64,000 nt of DNA from Octopus sinensis. Taxonomy: Eukaryota. Of this stretch, positions 25,436-38,279 are shown in pieces; the stretch's first letter is position 1, and each line of letters begins with the position of its first letter. The position numbers and the translations under genes were made by a program. The stretch is taken from contig NC_042997.1 in the NCBI RefSeq assembly GCF_006345805.1, positions 163,122,001 to 163,186,000 of the forward strand, written 5' to 3'. A model generated the notes under the pieces. The model was not told the origin of the DNA, ran no database searches, and saw only the letters and a program-made list of their open reading frames with translations.

Positions 25436-25573
25436 ATTAGGGAGTATTGCTCCAAACTTAAAGGGAAAAATTAGATTTAGTAATAATATATATATATATA
25501 CATGAAAGTCACAAAAGACCAAGCCTTGAATTAGGTTTGCTAATATCAAAACATTCCAGCATGAATTTCAAAC
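25222..25573. repeat. Branched foldback (two hairpins inside an outer inverted repeat)
   Basis: Hairpin 25244-25339; arms 25340-25390 and 25502-25552; outer gtttga..catgc / gcatg..tcaaac. Confidence 0.75.
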
Positions 25574-26214
25574 CACCAATATCTACAATAAAAGAAATTT
25601 TAAAGCCACATTTACTATTTGCCAACCATTTTCTTCACATAGAAGTATGTGTATCTCTATCTCTTCTCTAGCTTTCCCACAAATTATGCCATCAAAATAG
25701 TTTTGACGAACAAGAACATATGCTTTGCTTTCGGTTAATTATACAAGTAGAGCTGCTTCTATTCTGATGAATAATAATTAAAAGTTAAAACTAGAATTCC
25801 TAATGAAATATTCTTTATATTAAATATTCAGGTGATACTGTCTTAAAAAATGGAAAGGACATATTGAATGATGTAATTCTAAATACATTCATTATCATTA
25901 GTAGCAGCATTTAGTATCCGTTTTCCATGGTAGCATGGGTTTGATGGCTTGATTGGAAGAATGAAACAACACAGTAGCAATGGCTGAACACAGTAAATGA
26001 AAAAAAATTAACATCAAAGAGAATGACTTAAGTATTTGCTCTTACATTAAAAAATAACATACTAAATGACATGTGCAGATTGTTTTTACTGTTTAGCCCA
26101 AGGTCAACCCTAATCTAGAAGATCTCTAATCAAAAGCATTTCAAACTTCATCATCCTGTCGTTTCTTTTTTCAGATGATGGGTCTTGTGGAAATGATGAG
26201 AAGTGAGCGAGACT

Positions 26215-26625
26215 TTTGGTGATTTGTTGTGCTCGAGAAGACTTGTCAAGCCAAATGAAATTATGCCAGTGACGCATAAAAGGCACTAGCGCCGGTAACG
26301 CATAAAAGGCACTAGCGCCGGTGACGCATAAAAGGCACTAGCGCCGGTGACGCATAAAAGGCACTAGCGCCGGTGACGCATAAAAGGCACTTGCGCCGGT
26401 GACGCATGCATACAAGGCACTAGTGCCAGTGACACATAAAAGGTAATCATGCCAGCGACACATAAAAGGCACCCAACTACACGCTTAGAGTGGCTGGAGT
26501 TAGGAAGGGGATCCAGCTGTAGAAACCAAGCCAAAATCAGACTCGAGACTGGTACAGCTTTCCAGCTTACCAGTTCCATTCAAACCATTTAACCCATGCT
26601 AGCATGAAAAAACAGATGATGAAAT
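26215..26625 (+). mobile_element. RTE-tail SINE (family C) with a 26-bp VNTR
   Basis: gcataaaaggcactagcgccggtgac tandem units at about 26270-26470, then ggaaggggatccagctgtagaaac and a ccatgctagcatg tail. Confidence 0.85.
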
Positions 26626-26825
26626 CTAGAATCAGCCACTTCATTATATTTACTTCATGCTTACAAGTCTAGCCTAGTTATATATATATATATATATATA
26701 TGAGAATGGAGTCCCAGTAGACTTGACATGATTTTCAATGGTGCCCATATGACATGAAGCTTGCAGAATATTTTATTTCTTAGAATAATGAGATGTACAA
26801 TATCAACCCCCATGCCAGCACACCA

Positions 26826-27430
26826 CACACATATTTTTTCACTTCTCGAAGCCCTTGCTCTCTCGTCTATCAACCTTCGCGTATTCCTTTATTAATTTTG
26901 CCCGTTCAAGTCCTCGCTCTCTCTCGTCTATCAACCTTCGCCATCTTGAAGTCTGTTTCTTTAGTACACTTCCGCCTTGTCCAAAAATTCCCTTTCCGGT
27001 CAACTTATACTTAAAAGGCCACCCCACACGTGCTCTCTCATTCACCTAGCAGCTATATCCTGAGTACAGATAAGTTGAAAACTTATTTTCACTTCTTGAA
27101 GTCCTCGCTCTCTCGTCTATCAACCTTTTTCACTTCTCGAAGCCCTCGCTCTCTCGTCTATCAACCTTCGCGTATTCGCGATGCACCCGCCCTTGCCCAC
27201 CCCCACCACCAATACCGGATATCTCTATATTTTTGCTCCATCTATACCGGATGTCGCTTCTCCCACCACCATTATAGGTGTCTACTCTTCGAACCCCCCT
27301 CTTCAATATGCTATTTCACCATGCATTACCCCTCTCGTGATATCCTACGTTCTACTTGTCTAGAACCTGTCATCGTTTCTCCGAACACCCCTCCCCACTG
27401 GTGCTCCCCTATATTTCTGCACCCCCTCCC
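26826..27430 (+). repeat. Unclassified CpG-retaining repeat with four ~30-bp internal direct repeats
   Basis: gaagccctcgctctctcgtctatcaacc-like unit at about 26829, 26908, 27099 and 27139; a diverged antisense relative lies at about 44320-44530. Confidence 0.6.
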
Positions 27431-27730
27431 CCCCACATAAAAAGCACCATCCGAACTTGGCCGATGCCAGCACCGCCCCAACTGGCACATAAAAAGCACC
27501 AACCGACCGTGGCCGATGCCAGACCCCTCCGGCACCTGTGCAGGTGACACGTAAAAAGCACCCACTACACTCGCGGAGTGGTTGGCGTTAGGAAGGGCAT
27601 CCAGCTGTAGAAACACTGCCAGACCAGACTGGAGCCTGGGGCAGTCCCTGGCTCCCCAGACCCCGGTCGAAACCGTCCAACCCGTGCTAGCGCGGAAAAC
27701 GGACGTTAAACGATGATGATGATGATGATA
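27430..27730 (+). mobile_element. Young RTE-tail SINE / RTE 3' end (family C)
   Basis: CpG-intact aaaagcacccactacactcgcggagtggttggcgttagg...cggacgttaaacgatgatgat. Confidence 0.9.
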
Positions 27731-27929
27731 TATATATATATAGTTGTTCATAGCAGGGATGCCTTTAACCAAGCAAGGCTAACCAGGGGCTAAACAATAA
27801 TAATAACACTCAATATGAGCTCCATAAATATAACTGGTTAAACTTAATGAGATAAATGAAATTAAGAGCTGATAAACTAGATGAGTTTTTTTTTTAGAAT
27901 ATTTTTTGAAATGTTCACTTTTAATCTAT

Positions 27930-28315
27930 AGGCATGGCTGTGTGATAAGAAGCTTGCTTCCCAACCACATGGTTCTGGCTTCAGTCCTACCATGTGACAC
28001 CTTGGGTATCTTCTACTATAGCCTCGGGCCAACCAAAGCTTGCAAATAGACTTGGTAGTTGGGAACTGAAAGAAGCCCATCGTGTGTGTGTGTGTCTTTG
28101 AGTCTGTTTGTCCACCACCACTGCTTGGCAACTGGTGTTGGTTTGTTATGTCCCTGTAACTTAGCCGATCAGCAAAAAGTCTGATAAAATAAGTACCAAA
28201 TTCTGAAGAACAAAAAGAAAGAGTACAGGGGTTGATTTGTGTGCCTAAAAATTCTTCAAGGTGGTGCTCCAACATGACTGCAGTTTAATGACTGAAACAA
28301 GTTAAAAAAAAAAAT
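27930..28315 (+). mobile_element. SINE family B, near full length
   Basis: ggcatggctgtgtgataagaagcttgcttccc head through gactgaaacaagttaaaa tail. Confidence 0.88.
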
Positions 28316-30578
28316 AAAACAATAAAAGAATACTATTTTAGCTAGTCTTGACCAATTCCTTATCACAACATTCTTGAAAAGTTTGCAATAATCCCATCCT
28401 AGCTCATAGGTATTATAATCTCTGGTAACAGTTGAATATCATGCTTATGAATCTTTTTATTTATTTATAACCACAGAGAAAGGTGTTTAAGATTTGTGAA
28501 CATCATGTCTCCTCAAAAGTTTGTCATTCCTTTTCAAATGTTGCATGCCACACACAAGTTTAGAATAAATAACACAGGTTGCTGTAAGTAGTGTGAAGAC
28601 AAGAACTGATCTAGAAGAGCTAAAAAAGAGACCTACTTCTGGTAAATATAGATACCTGTCTATGCGAGTTTAGTTAATAGTACTATTGCTTGTTTGATAA
28701 GAAATATAGTGGAAGTTATTAAAGCACTTCAGCGCAGATATTAGAAACTGGGTATGTAGACATACAATGAATCGTAATAAAGCAGATGTAAAGCATTTGA
28801 GTTAAACCTTTCTTGTACATACAATAGTTCACACGTCTATGGTTTAACTATAATGATTATAATACAAGAGATTATGAAATGACAAACTACAGCCAATAGT
28901 TAATAAGATCAATCAAATTATTATCCTCAGTTTTGCTGTCTCATTTAGATTACAACTCCAGCAATAACTGCTTTGATCAACTTAACACAAACCGTATTGA
29001 TACATTTCATAAAGATGAAGAGCATATTTTGTTAGCTTTTTTTTTTTGATTTTTGTAAAAGTAATCAATGCATTCAATATTATTGAATTTCCAAACAGAA
29101 TAGCTTCATTTTGAGAACTAGGTACAAACTTTGTAAGAAAGCTATTGTCTTAAGGAAGGAAACATTAGGTAAACCTGGAAAAAGAAAAATGTACAGTGAA
29201 CATCGTTCTTTTTTTAATTAGGAAAGGAGGAAGAAGAGCAACACATGTTTTTTTTTTAGGGTTTCCATTAAAAGTAGGAGAAAGAGAAGTTACAATGGGA
29301 TCAAAGAAGAGACTCTGCTAAACACACCCAATATCCTGGTGGTGGTGTTAGTCTGAATAAACTGAATAAGTCTACCACTCAAGAGACACACTATCTGATA
29401 GGTTCCCATATTTTCCAGCTACCTAATTGTTCTCCCAAGGCTTATGGCAAGATGCTGCATAGCAGGATTGAACCTAGCACCATGAGATTTCAAAGCAAGC
29501 TTCTTAACCACACAGTTATGCTTTCTTTCATAAGCCAATCCACATTGAGCTGCCACTAAGCAACTGTAACAACAGCAGCAACAAAATGATTTCAAGAACA
29601 TAGAAAAGAAAAAAATGACTGGTATCGAAAATTTCAAAGTCTATTTAATCCATAAAACTGATATTGACAATTTATGAACACAACTCATTCAACTGAGCGA
29701 CTGAGTCAGCTTTGACATTCAGTGAGGCAATTCTGAAAGTCAACTCTACAGTATATTCAGTGAATTACATTAAGCAACAACAGCCAATATATATATAATT
29801 TGATTACAATGACAGCATTGCAACCATAACAACCTCAATAATTATATGAAGCATCCTGTTAGCAGTAGGAAGAAGTAGTAATATGCTCACATTTAACCTT
29901 TCCTTCATATGGGTCAATCAATTTTACATTCTTGATAAAGTCATTGAATTATAAATTAATCAAGAAAGCCGTTCTACATATTAATTTTTATCTCCAAATA
30001 TATAAAAGTTTATTTATTCAAAGCTTCTCTTTCTCAGTTGACAGATTACATATATTCCTTTATTATTGAACTTGTTTCAGATACAGAAGTACAGCCATGC
30101 TAGGGACACAGTTTGTAAGGATTTTAAGTCAACTAAATTGACCTCAGACACTTATTCTATAAGTCTCTCTTATGGTGAACAGTTAAGTTGTACATAAACA
30201 AATACATCCTAGTTGCCAAGCAATGAGAAAAACACAGCCATACACAAAATACCCGTTCACACGGAAACATATAAATATATATATAAATATTTATATATAT
30301 ATATATATATATACGCACACACACATACATACACACACGCATATAAAATCAACATAATCATTATTATTTAACACCCGTTTTCCATGCTGGTGTAGGTAGG
30401 ACAGCTTGACATGAGCCGGCAAGCCAGAGGGCTGTTGCAGTCATTAGTTGTCTGTTCTAGCATGGCTTCAACAAATGGATGCCCTTCCTAATGCCAACCA
30501 TTTGAGTATATTGAGTGCTTATTATATGGTGTCAGCATGAGTGATTTTTACATGACAACACCACATAAAATATATATA

Positions 30579-30948
30579 CAGGGTGTGATAGGTAAATTGT
30601 CACTATTTTATATTTTCAATTTCATGCAAGCACATTGTTTTTGATGTCTATTACACAATATAGTAGGGTCAGTTGGACACCATCTGTGGAAAAAAAGGCA
30701 CTAAACTGAAGGCAAAGATTATGGCAACATTCACCAGCTTAAACAAGGAGACCATCCAGAAGAATTGCAAAAGATTCCAAAGTCGTCTGGAGGCTGTAGT
30801 TGAAGCCATTGGCAATTTTATTGAATAAATTTACTCTTTAGTATTTCAAGATATTTTTATGTAATTTTGGTAAATATATCTTTTACAATGAGATGTCAGT
30901 ATTATTTTCATTTTTGCATCATTTAGACAGTTTATTCACTGCACCCTG
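30579..30948 (+). mobile_element. Tc1/mariner deletion derivative
   Basis: TA-cagggtg...caccctg-TA ends; transposase C-terminal remnant LKAKIMATF...RFQSRLEAVVEAIGNFIE* at 30706-30828. Confidence 0.88.
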
Positions 30949-32855
30949 TATGAATGTAGTTTAGTTCATTGATGATCCAAATGAATAGGTACACTGCATA
31001 AGTGCTATAATTGGTTATCTGTTCGGTTCCAAGTTCACAGCTGAAGCAAGGAATCCGTAGTAGGCTTCCAAGTTAGCAGATATATAGGAAAGGAAAATGG
31101 ACAACAAATCCAAAGCAGGACGAGTATTCTACTTCTGCATTTTTTGATTCACTTTCTCTAATTAAATATTCTAAATGACCTGAGATACTTGTCCTGCCTT
31201 GGTTTTGTTGTCCATTTTCCTTTAATATATATGCAGCAGGCTTCTGCACAGTTTCCAGCTATCAAAATCACTGACAAGGCAGTGGTTATCCTATGGTTAA
31301 GGTAGAAGATACTTGCCCCAAGTGTAGTAGGAATGAACCTGAAATCAGTTGCAAAGGGAACTTCTTTAACCATACAGCCATGTGTGTGTGTGTGTGTGTG
31401 TAAATGTATTCAGACATTGAAAAAAAAAGTATTGATGCATCATAATTGTAATATTGCATGCATATGCATGTATGTGCATGCACATGAATAAGCATGTGCA
31501 CACCCACTAAAAGAAAAAAAAAACCTACTAATAAAAATCTTATCTTAAGAAAAGAAAATGATTCCATTAGCAATCAAAATGGCATGATTGGAATATTTTT
31601 CTTTTGAAATATATCTATCAAATATATTTAAAAATTAATAAAAAATAAAAAGAAACATAAACTAGAAACTTTTTTCTTTTTTTTTTTTGTTCTTTTTCTG
31701 ACAATATGAAATACCAGAGCAAATAAGGACTGTTAACACCAAAATTGGCATCTGTTTCCTCGTTATATACAGAAAAACATTGACAAGAGTCTTTATATTT
31801 ACATTAACGAAAGCAAAGCATTTTGCACAACTGAACTATAGGTTAATCTTTGTGTTTGTTTTCATGTGCATGAGTAGCACTGCATAATCCTAGTCAGTGG
31901 GAGAGACGGGGGAGAGGAGGAGGAGCAGAAGAGAAGGAGGGGAGGGGCAATGTATGATGTGATGTTCTGTGAACTCTAATAACATAAGTCACTGACGCAA
32001 CAAATCAACTCATGTAATCATCTGTACTGAATTCAAAGAACAAAATGCGTTGTGAATGCTTCAGATTATAGCAATATAATAATAACAACTATAAGGATAA
32101 CCACTGCAATAAATAATGGTAATAAAATAAGAACAAGAATAATGACGCTAAAAACAAGAGCGATAACATGAACAACAACACAAAACAAGAATGTGATTCC
32201 TAACAATGCACAAAACCAGAAATTGGAGGAGAGATGGAGAAAAAGCAATGTAGTCAGCTGGATTAATCCCAGTACATGCTTCACTGATACTATATTTTAT
32301 CAACCCTTAAAAAGATGAAAAGCAAAATCGACTTCAACAGAATCTGAACCCAGACCATAGAGCCAATATTCAATTAACACAGGGCATTTTTGCAGGCACT
32401 CTACTAGCCCTGCCACACGTACAGTACAATAACAATAATTCTTTCTACTATCAATACAGTCTAAAATTTTGGTGGATTCCATTGACCCCAGTGCTTTTAT
32501 TGGTACTTATTTTATTGAGCCCAAAAGGATGAAAGGCAACGTCAACTTAGGTGGAATTTGAACTCAGAACAAAGCCAGAAGAAACGCCACTCAGCTTTTG
32601 TCCAGTACAGTAACGATTCAGCCAGCTCACCATCTTGGTTATAATAATAACACTGAAAATTGTTTCTAACCTGCACGAGGCCATGAATTTTGAGGGGAGA
32701 AATATTAATTGATCAAATCAACCCTAGTCCTAGATTAGTACTTTATTTTCTTGAACCAAGAGGAATAAACAGCAACGTCAACCTTGGCAGGATTCGAAAT
32801 CAGAATGTAAAACAAGAGAAGAAATATTGTAAGGCTTTTGATCCAATGCTATAAC

Positions 32856-33419
32856 AAATCTAAAATAAAGATTTCTTGTATTTTATGTTTATCGTTAATA
32901 ATAATAATAATAATAGCAATAATAATAATAATAATAGCAATAATAATAATAATAATAATAATGAGTATTCCCTGTGATCACAATATAGCGGCGAAAGAAT
33001 TTGACAAGATTAGTAAATATAAAGACCTGCTAATGGAAATTGAAAAAATGTGGCATCTCAAGGCGACTACAGTACCAGTGATTGTAGGATCTCTAGGAAT
33101 GATAAAAAAGGCACTGAAACCTATTTGAAATGATTCCAGGCTCATTTCAAATAGGTTTCAGTGCCTTTTTTATCATTCCTAGAGATCCTACAATCACTGG
33201 TACTGTAGTCGCCTTGAGATGCCACATTTTTTCAATTTCCATTAGCAGGTCTTTATATTTACTAATCTTGTCAAATTCTTTCGCCGCTATATTGTGATCA
33301 CAGGGAATACTCATTATTATTATTATTATTATTATTGCTATTATTATTATTATTATTGCTATTATTATTATTATTATTAACGATAAACATAAAATACAAG
33401 AAATCTTTATTTTAGATTT
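32856..33419. repeat. Perfect inverted duplication, 278-bp arms, 8-nt loop
   Basis: Arms 32856-33133 and 33142-33419, with identical (TAA)n copy numbers where checked; loop ttccaggc. Confidence 0.96.
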
Positions 33420-33695
33420 CTTGTATTTTATACCATCCCTACAGGAAGTGCAAAAAATCGTATTAACTGGAACGGCTCATGTACTGAGAAGAGCACTATC
33501 GCTATGAAAATAACATCCATCCATGAATTTATTTATTTATTAATTTTTAAATATATATGTTATCTGTGAATTTGCGCGTGTAATCTGGGAATGCATACAA
33601 TGCCCTTCTCTGCCCTAGGTGTATGGAAAACACTCGGCGAGAAACAGAAGAAAATTTGAAGAAAGAAGGAAAAAACATAATAATAATAATAATAA
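32962..33695 (+). mobile_element. 5'-truncated Dong/R4-clade (RLE) non-LTR element in (TAA)n
   Basis: IPCDHNIAAKEFDKISKYKDLLMEIEKMW...VPVIVGSLG, then after the inversion IPSLQEVQKIVLTGTAHVLRRAL*; (TAA)n at both ends. Confidence 0.85.
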
Positions 33696-35401
33696 TCCTT
33701 TCTACTAAAACACACAAGGCCTGAAATTAAGTGGGTGGGGCTAGTCGATTACATCAACCCCAGCAACATCTGAACATGAAGACAGGCAAAAAGCTGCTAA
33801 GCATTTTGTTCAGCACACTAATGATTCAGCCATCTTGCCACCTTAATAATGATGATAATAACGATGATGATGATACTACTACTAATAATAATAATAATAG
33901 TTTCAAATGTTGGTAGAGCCAGCAATTTTAGAAGGGGTAAGTTAATATCATTGACCTCAGTGCTCAAATGGTACTTATTTCATCAACCCCAAAAGGATAA
34001 AAGGCAAAGTCAACCTCGGCAGAATTTGAACTCAGAATCTAAAGATAGGCAAAATGCCACAATGCATTTTGTCAGGCAAGCTAACGATTCTGTCAGCTTG
34101 CTGCCATAAGAATAAAAGTAATAATCCTTTCTACTATAGGCATGGCATAAGGCCTGAAAATTTGGGGGAGAATGCTAGTTGATTACATTGACACCAGTGC
34201 ACAGGTAGGACTTCTTTTATCAACCCTGAGAGGATGAAAGGCAACATCAACCTCAGTGGCATTTGAACTCAGAACATGAAGACGGACAAAATGCCATTAA
34301 GCATTTTGACCAGCATGCAAAAAATTCTGCTAGCTTGTCACAATAATAACAATAATAATTAAAAATAATAATAAATCATAAAAGAAATCTTGAGCAGAAG
34401 GCAAGGATGAATTATATGGGTTCTGGCTTCTACGCAGTAAATAAACACAAAAACAATTTATAACTAAAGAGCAAAAATTTTCTCAATTATGATTCATTAA
34501 GTAGTCCGGGTAGCCAAGAACATCACTCTATAATCAAGATCACCCACCCAGTCCTCCCCGAGAACAATATGGTATAAAGGAAAAAGGAAGAAAAAAAATG
34601 AATCCACAATTTTGACAAAAGGTAATTATAACTTTAATTTTTTTTCTGCTACCTTTAGAAAATATCTTTCAGTGCAAACCATCTTTTCCTAGCGCCAACT
34701 TGATATGCCTCAGTGGTTAACACTGATACAGAAGCCATTAGTTCAAGCCTTTGCAATGTATGTTTAAATTTTCCTTAGTTTTTGTTCTCTCCAAGATAAC
34801 CTAGTTATAAAATAACTATCACTCTGAATCAAGAAAACAGCCTTGAAGTAGTCGCCGGACCTGCTAGAAATAGCAACCAAAGCAACCTCATAATTCCCTA
34901 CACTCTTAAAAAAAAGAGAACACAGGACAGTGTTTGGACAAGATAGAGTTAGATGTACAAGCCAATGGAACAAACAGGGGTAGCACACCTTTGATCATAA
35001 GTCAACTCCAAGACAGCTAACCTGGTTAAACAACACTATATTACTAAATAATATGAGAAGGCACACAGCTTAGTGGTTAGGGCATTGGATTCATGGTCAT
35101 AAGATTGTAGTTTCAATTCCTGGACCAGGCAATGTGTTGCATTCTGGAGCAAAACACTTCATTTCACATTGCTCCAGATCACTCAGCTAGTAAAAATGAG
35201 TAATCCTGTGACAGATAAAGGGATGCATCCCATCCAGGAAGGAATATATATGAATGCCAGAGAAACCAGGCAACTTCTACTATAGTTCTAGGCAGGCCAA
35301 TGCCTTGTGAGGGATTTTGGTAGGCAGAAACTGCAGGGAGACCAACATGTGTGTGTGTGTATGTGTGCATGAATGTATGTGAATGCTGCTATTCCACATA
35401 C

Positions 35402-35531
35402 ATCACTGGTTGGGCAAAGCAGTGGTGAGGTTAACATTCCTTGTTGATATTTTCTTTCAAAGACATCTAGAATTTTTAAAAATTCGAAGGTGCAAAATTC
35501 TGCCTCCAATAATTCCCAATTCAAACCTTTG
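35402..35531 (-). CDS. MEI1: MEI1-like exon (KGLNWELLEAEF...FLKILDVFERKYQQG...PTSD)
   Basis: Acceptor ccatttccccgtgccag, donor gat|gtatgt, 43 open codons; gapless resemblance to FIRLTLELKARFCSG. Confidence 0.7.
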
Positions 35532-35842
35532 CTGGCACGGGGAAATGGACATCAAATGAAGGAACAAATAGACAACCTTTTATTCTTCAACTACAGAAAT
35601 TTAAATTACTTCAAGATCAAACTTGAAACACATCCTAATTTTTTAATTGAACCTACTTCAACTATTCTACACTCTATGTCACTCACATATTCAGTGGTGT
35701 GAAAGGCCAGATCTGACCAGTCTGAAGATAAAACAGGTAAAATATTTTGGCCGGATATGACCAGTTTAAATACTAAAGGGTTAATTAGTGTAACTTCTTT
35801 AAGTTTAAATCTATCTATTTATTTATAGATGTATAGATAGAT

Positions 35843-35873
<31 letters not shown>

Positions 35874-36279
35874 CACATACATAAATATATATACATGCAT
35901 ACATACACACATTATATATATATATATCAATATAAATATTTATGCATACATGCATACACATACATACATAGTGTATTCTAAAATGCGGTGTGCTTCACTG
36001 TTGATTTACAATGATCTGATGTAATTGATCCCCTCTTTTTTTACATACAAAGATATATAATCACATGCATCAACAGACATACATACACACACACACAGAT
36101 ATAGGAAAACAAATATTATATAAGTCTACTCTGAGGAGTGGTTGGTTTTAGGAAGGGCATCAGCCGTAAAATCCCTGCCAAAACCCGATAGCCTAAGGTA
36201 GTTTTTCTACCTGGCCAGCTCCTGTCAACTGTCCTACTCATGCATGTGTGGAAGATGGACATTAAAAGATGATGACACA

Positions 36280-36680
36280 CACATGCAGACACATGTACAT
36301 ACATATGTATATACACATATACATGTATATATATATATATATACACACACACATACGCACATATGCATACACACGTGTACATATATGTACATATGTATAC
36401 ACACACACATACATATGTATACATACATGTATACATGTACATATATGTATACACACACACACGTGCGCACACATGTATTATGCACATATATGCGCACACA
36501 CACATGTATAGATACACACATACATATACAGAGATGTATACACACATATGCAAACATGTATACACACATACACACATGTGTATTTATGTGTGCATATGTG
36601 TATGCATGTCTGCACACACGTGTACACACACATGCATATATAAGTACACACACACACATGTATATATCTATAGACACACA
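36280..36680 (+). repeat. Compound (CA/TA) low-complexity array
   Basis: Direct reading; source of the seven overlapping HTH/CVY ORFs. Confidence 0.95.
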
Positions 36681-37246
36681 CTATGTCAAAGGAACACAGG
36701 CCTACATTCAGAGACAAAATCTCTGATAGTGAATTATAAAATCCAAAAGCATAAAGAAAATAATTAATGCAATGAAACATTTCTCAATTACAATAAACTT
36801 GAGTTTTGAAAAATTTATAGAGAACTAAAATACCACAAATGAAGTAGTACAAAAATAAAATATGCTATGGTCCACCTACAAAATGAGTATGAAAAAAAAT
36901 ATTTATGATAAATACAAGAAAGCACTTCATGTATAAAGGATACTTAGAAAACTCCTTGAAAAGAGTGAAAAATATTCCAGGGTACTGATTTATAAAATAT
37001 CTTATATTACTAGTGGTGAGCTGGCAGAATTGTTAGCACATCAGGCAAAATGCTTAGTAGCATTTCATCCATCTTATGTTCTAAGTTCAAATTCTGCTAA
37101 GGTTGACTTTGTCTTTCATCCTTTCAGGGTCCATAATCTAAGTACCAGTTGAACACTAGGGTCGATATAATCAGCTTACCCCTTCCCCAACATTGCTGGC
37201 TTTGTGCCAAAATTCAAAATCATTATTATCTCAGCTTTTATTTCAC

Positions 37247-37331
37247 TGTACTAAATAGATTCAAAAAATAAAATATTTCACATATCAATATTCTGGAATA
37301 AATATTTATTAGTTTATTCTCATTGAATTTC
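37247..37331 (-). CDS. Possible MEI1-like exon (KFNENKLINIYSRILICEIFYFLNLFST)
   Basis: Acceptor gattttcag, donor aca|gtgaaa; ICEIFYFLNLF resembles LMEVFLSILHNLF. Confidence 0.4.
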
Positions 37332-37883
37332 CTGAAAATCATTCACACACACAGAGTTATCTTGTGAAAAATATATTATCATGTATGTGTGTGTGTCACA
37401 GATGTATGTTTGTAACTTTACTCAGTTTTCCCTATAATGGTTTCTTTCAACAAGCCTAATGTTTCAATAGGAAAGGGTGTAGTCAATTGGATCAACTTTG
37501 GCATATATGATACTGATACTTGTGACCCAAGAGGTATGAAAATGGTACTGGTCCCACCCTATAAACAAAATACTCTGGAATTCATAAAGTTTATTTTTCT
37601 TTCAATTCTTTTAAGACCATAAAAGATTAATGAATCTACCTTTACACTAAAAATTGGGAATCAGCTTTAGCCTAAACTCAGATTACTGTTATATAGATCA
37701 CTTCGTTATCTCAATATTGTTACAGAAGACAACAGTAGAATGGTAGAATCATTAGAAATATTGTATATAATACCTTATAGTATCTAGTTACATCCCTTTT
37801 GCATTCTGATGTTAAATCCTGCTGGTGTTGACTTTGCTTTCCATTCTTCTGAGGATTTAGGGGGCTAATATAATGAATTATAC

Positions 37884-37996
37884 CCTCTCTACAGAAATGT
37901 GTGATTTTGTTTCTAAGTTAGAAATCCTTGTTGCTGAAAAAGACATTTTCCTTTCATCAGAGCTGAACTTTAAAAGCTGCTGGCTTAACACAGTTA
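37884..37996 (-). CDS. Possible MEI1-like exon (TVLSQQLLKFSSDERK...SVER)
   Basis: Acceptor ctgtcatgttcag, donor agg|gtataa, 37 open codons; weak similarity. Confidence 0.4.
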
Positions 37997-38279
37997 CTGA
38001 ACATGACAGTGAAATTAAAATACCAACATAGTATTATAAAATATAAGTTTCATATTCTGTGTTACATAATTACTGTTATACACTGTCATAGTCTCTAAAG
38101 GAATACTAAAAACTTGTTGCATGATAAAATATCAGTCTTTTTCTTTTCTTTCCTGCTTGCTTTAATATGTATATTATTGATTTACACATAAAAGTACAAA
38201 GGCTGCAAGCAATATATATATATACACACATACATAGAAACCTACAAACATACATACATTTTTGAAGCAGAGGCCTCAC

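Noticed and set aside
26270-26470. CRISPR-like short repeat array
   Set aside because: The units are head-to-tail with no unique spacers, inside a eukaryotic SINE.
27040-27085. Possible hammerhead (ctgagta...gaaa) and a GIY-YIG-like peptide at 26839-27045
   Set aside because: The core does not fit CUGANGA, no stems I or III are evident, and the peptide lacks recognisable GIY/YIG motifs.
36116-36780. Seven overlapping 70-160-aa ORFs
   Set aside because: Translations of a CA/TA low-complexity array. The same applies to the ORFs at 24.2, 43.6, 49.8 and 59.6-60.8 kb.
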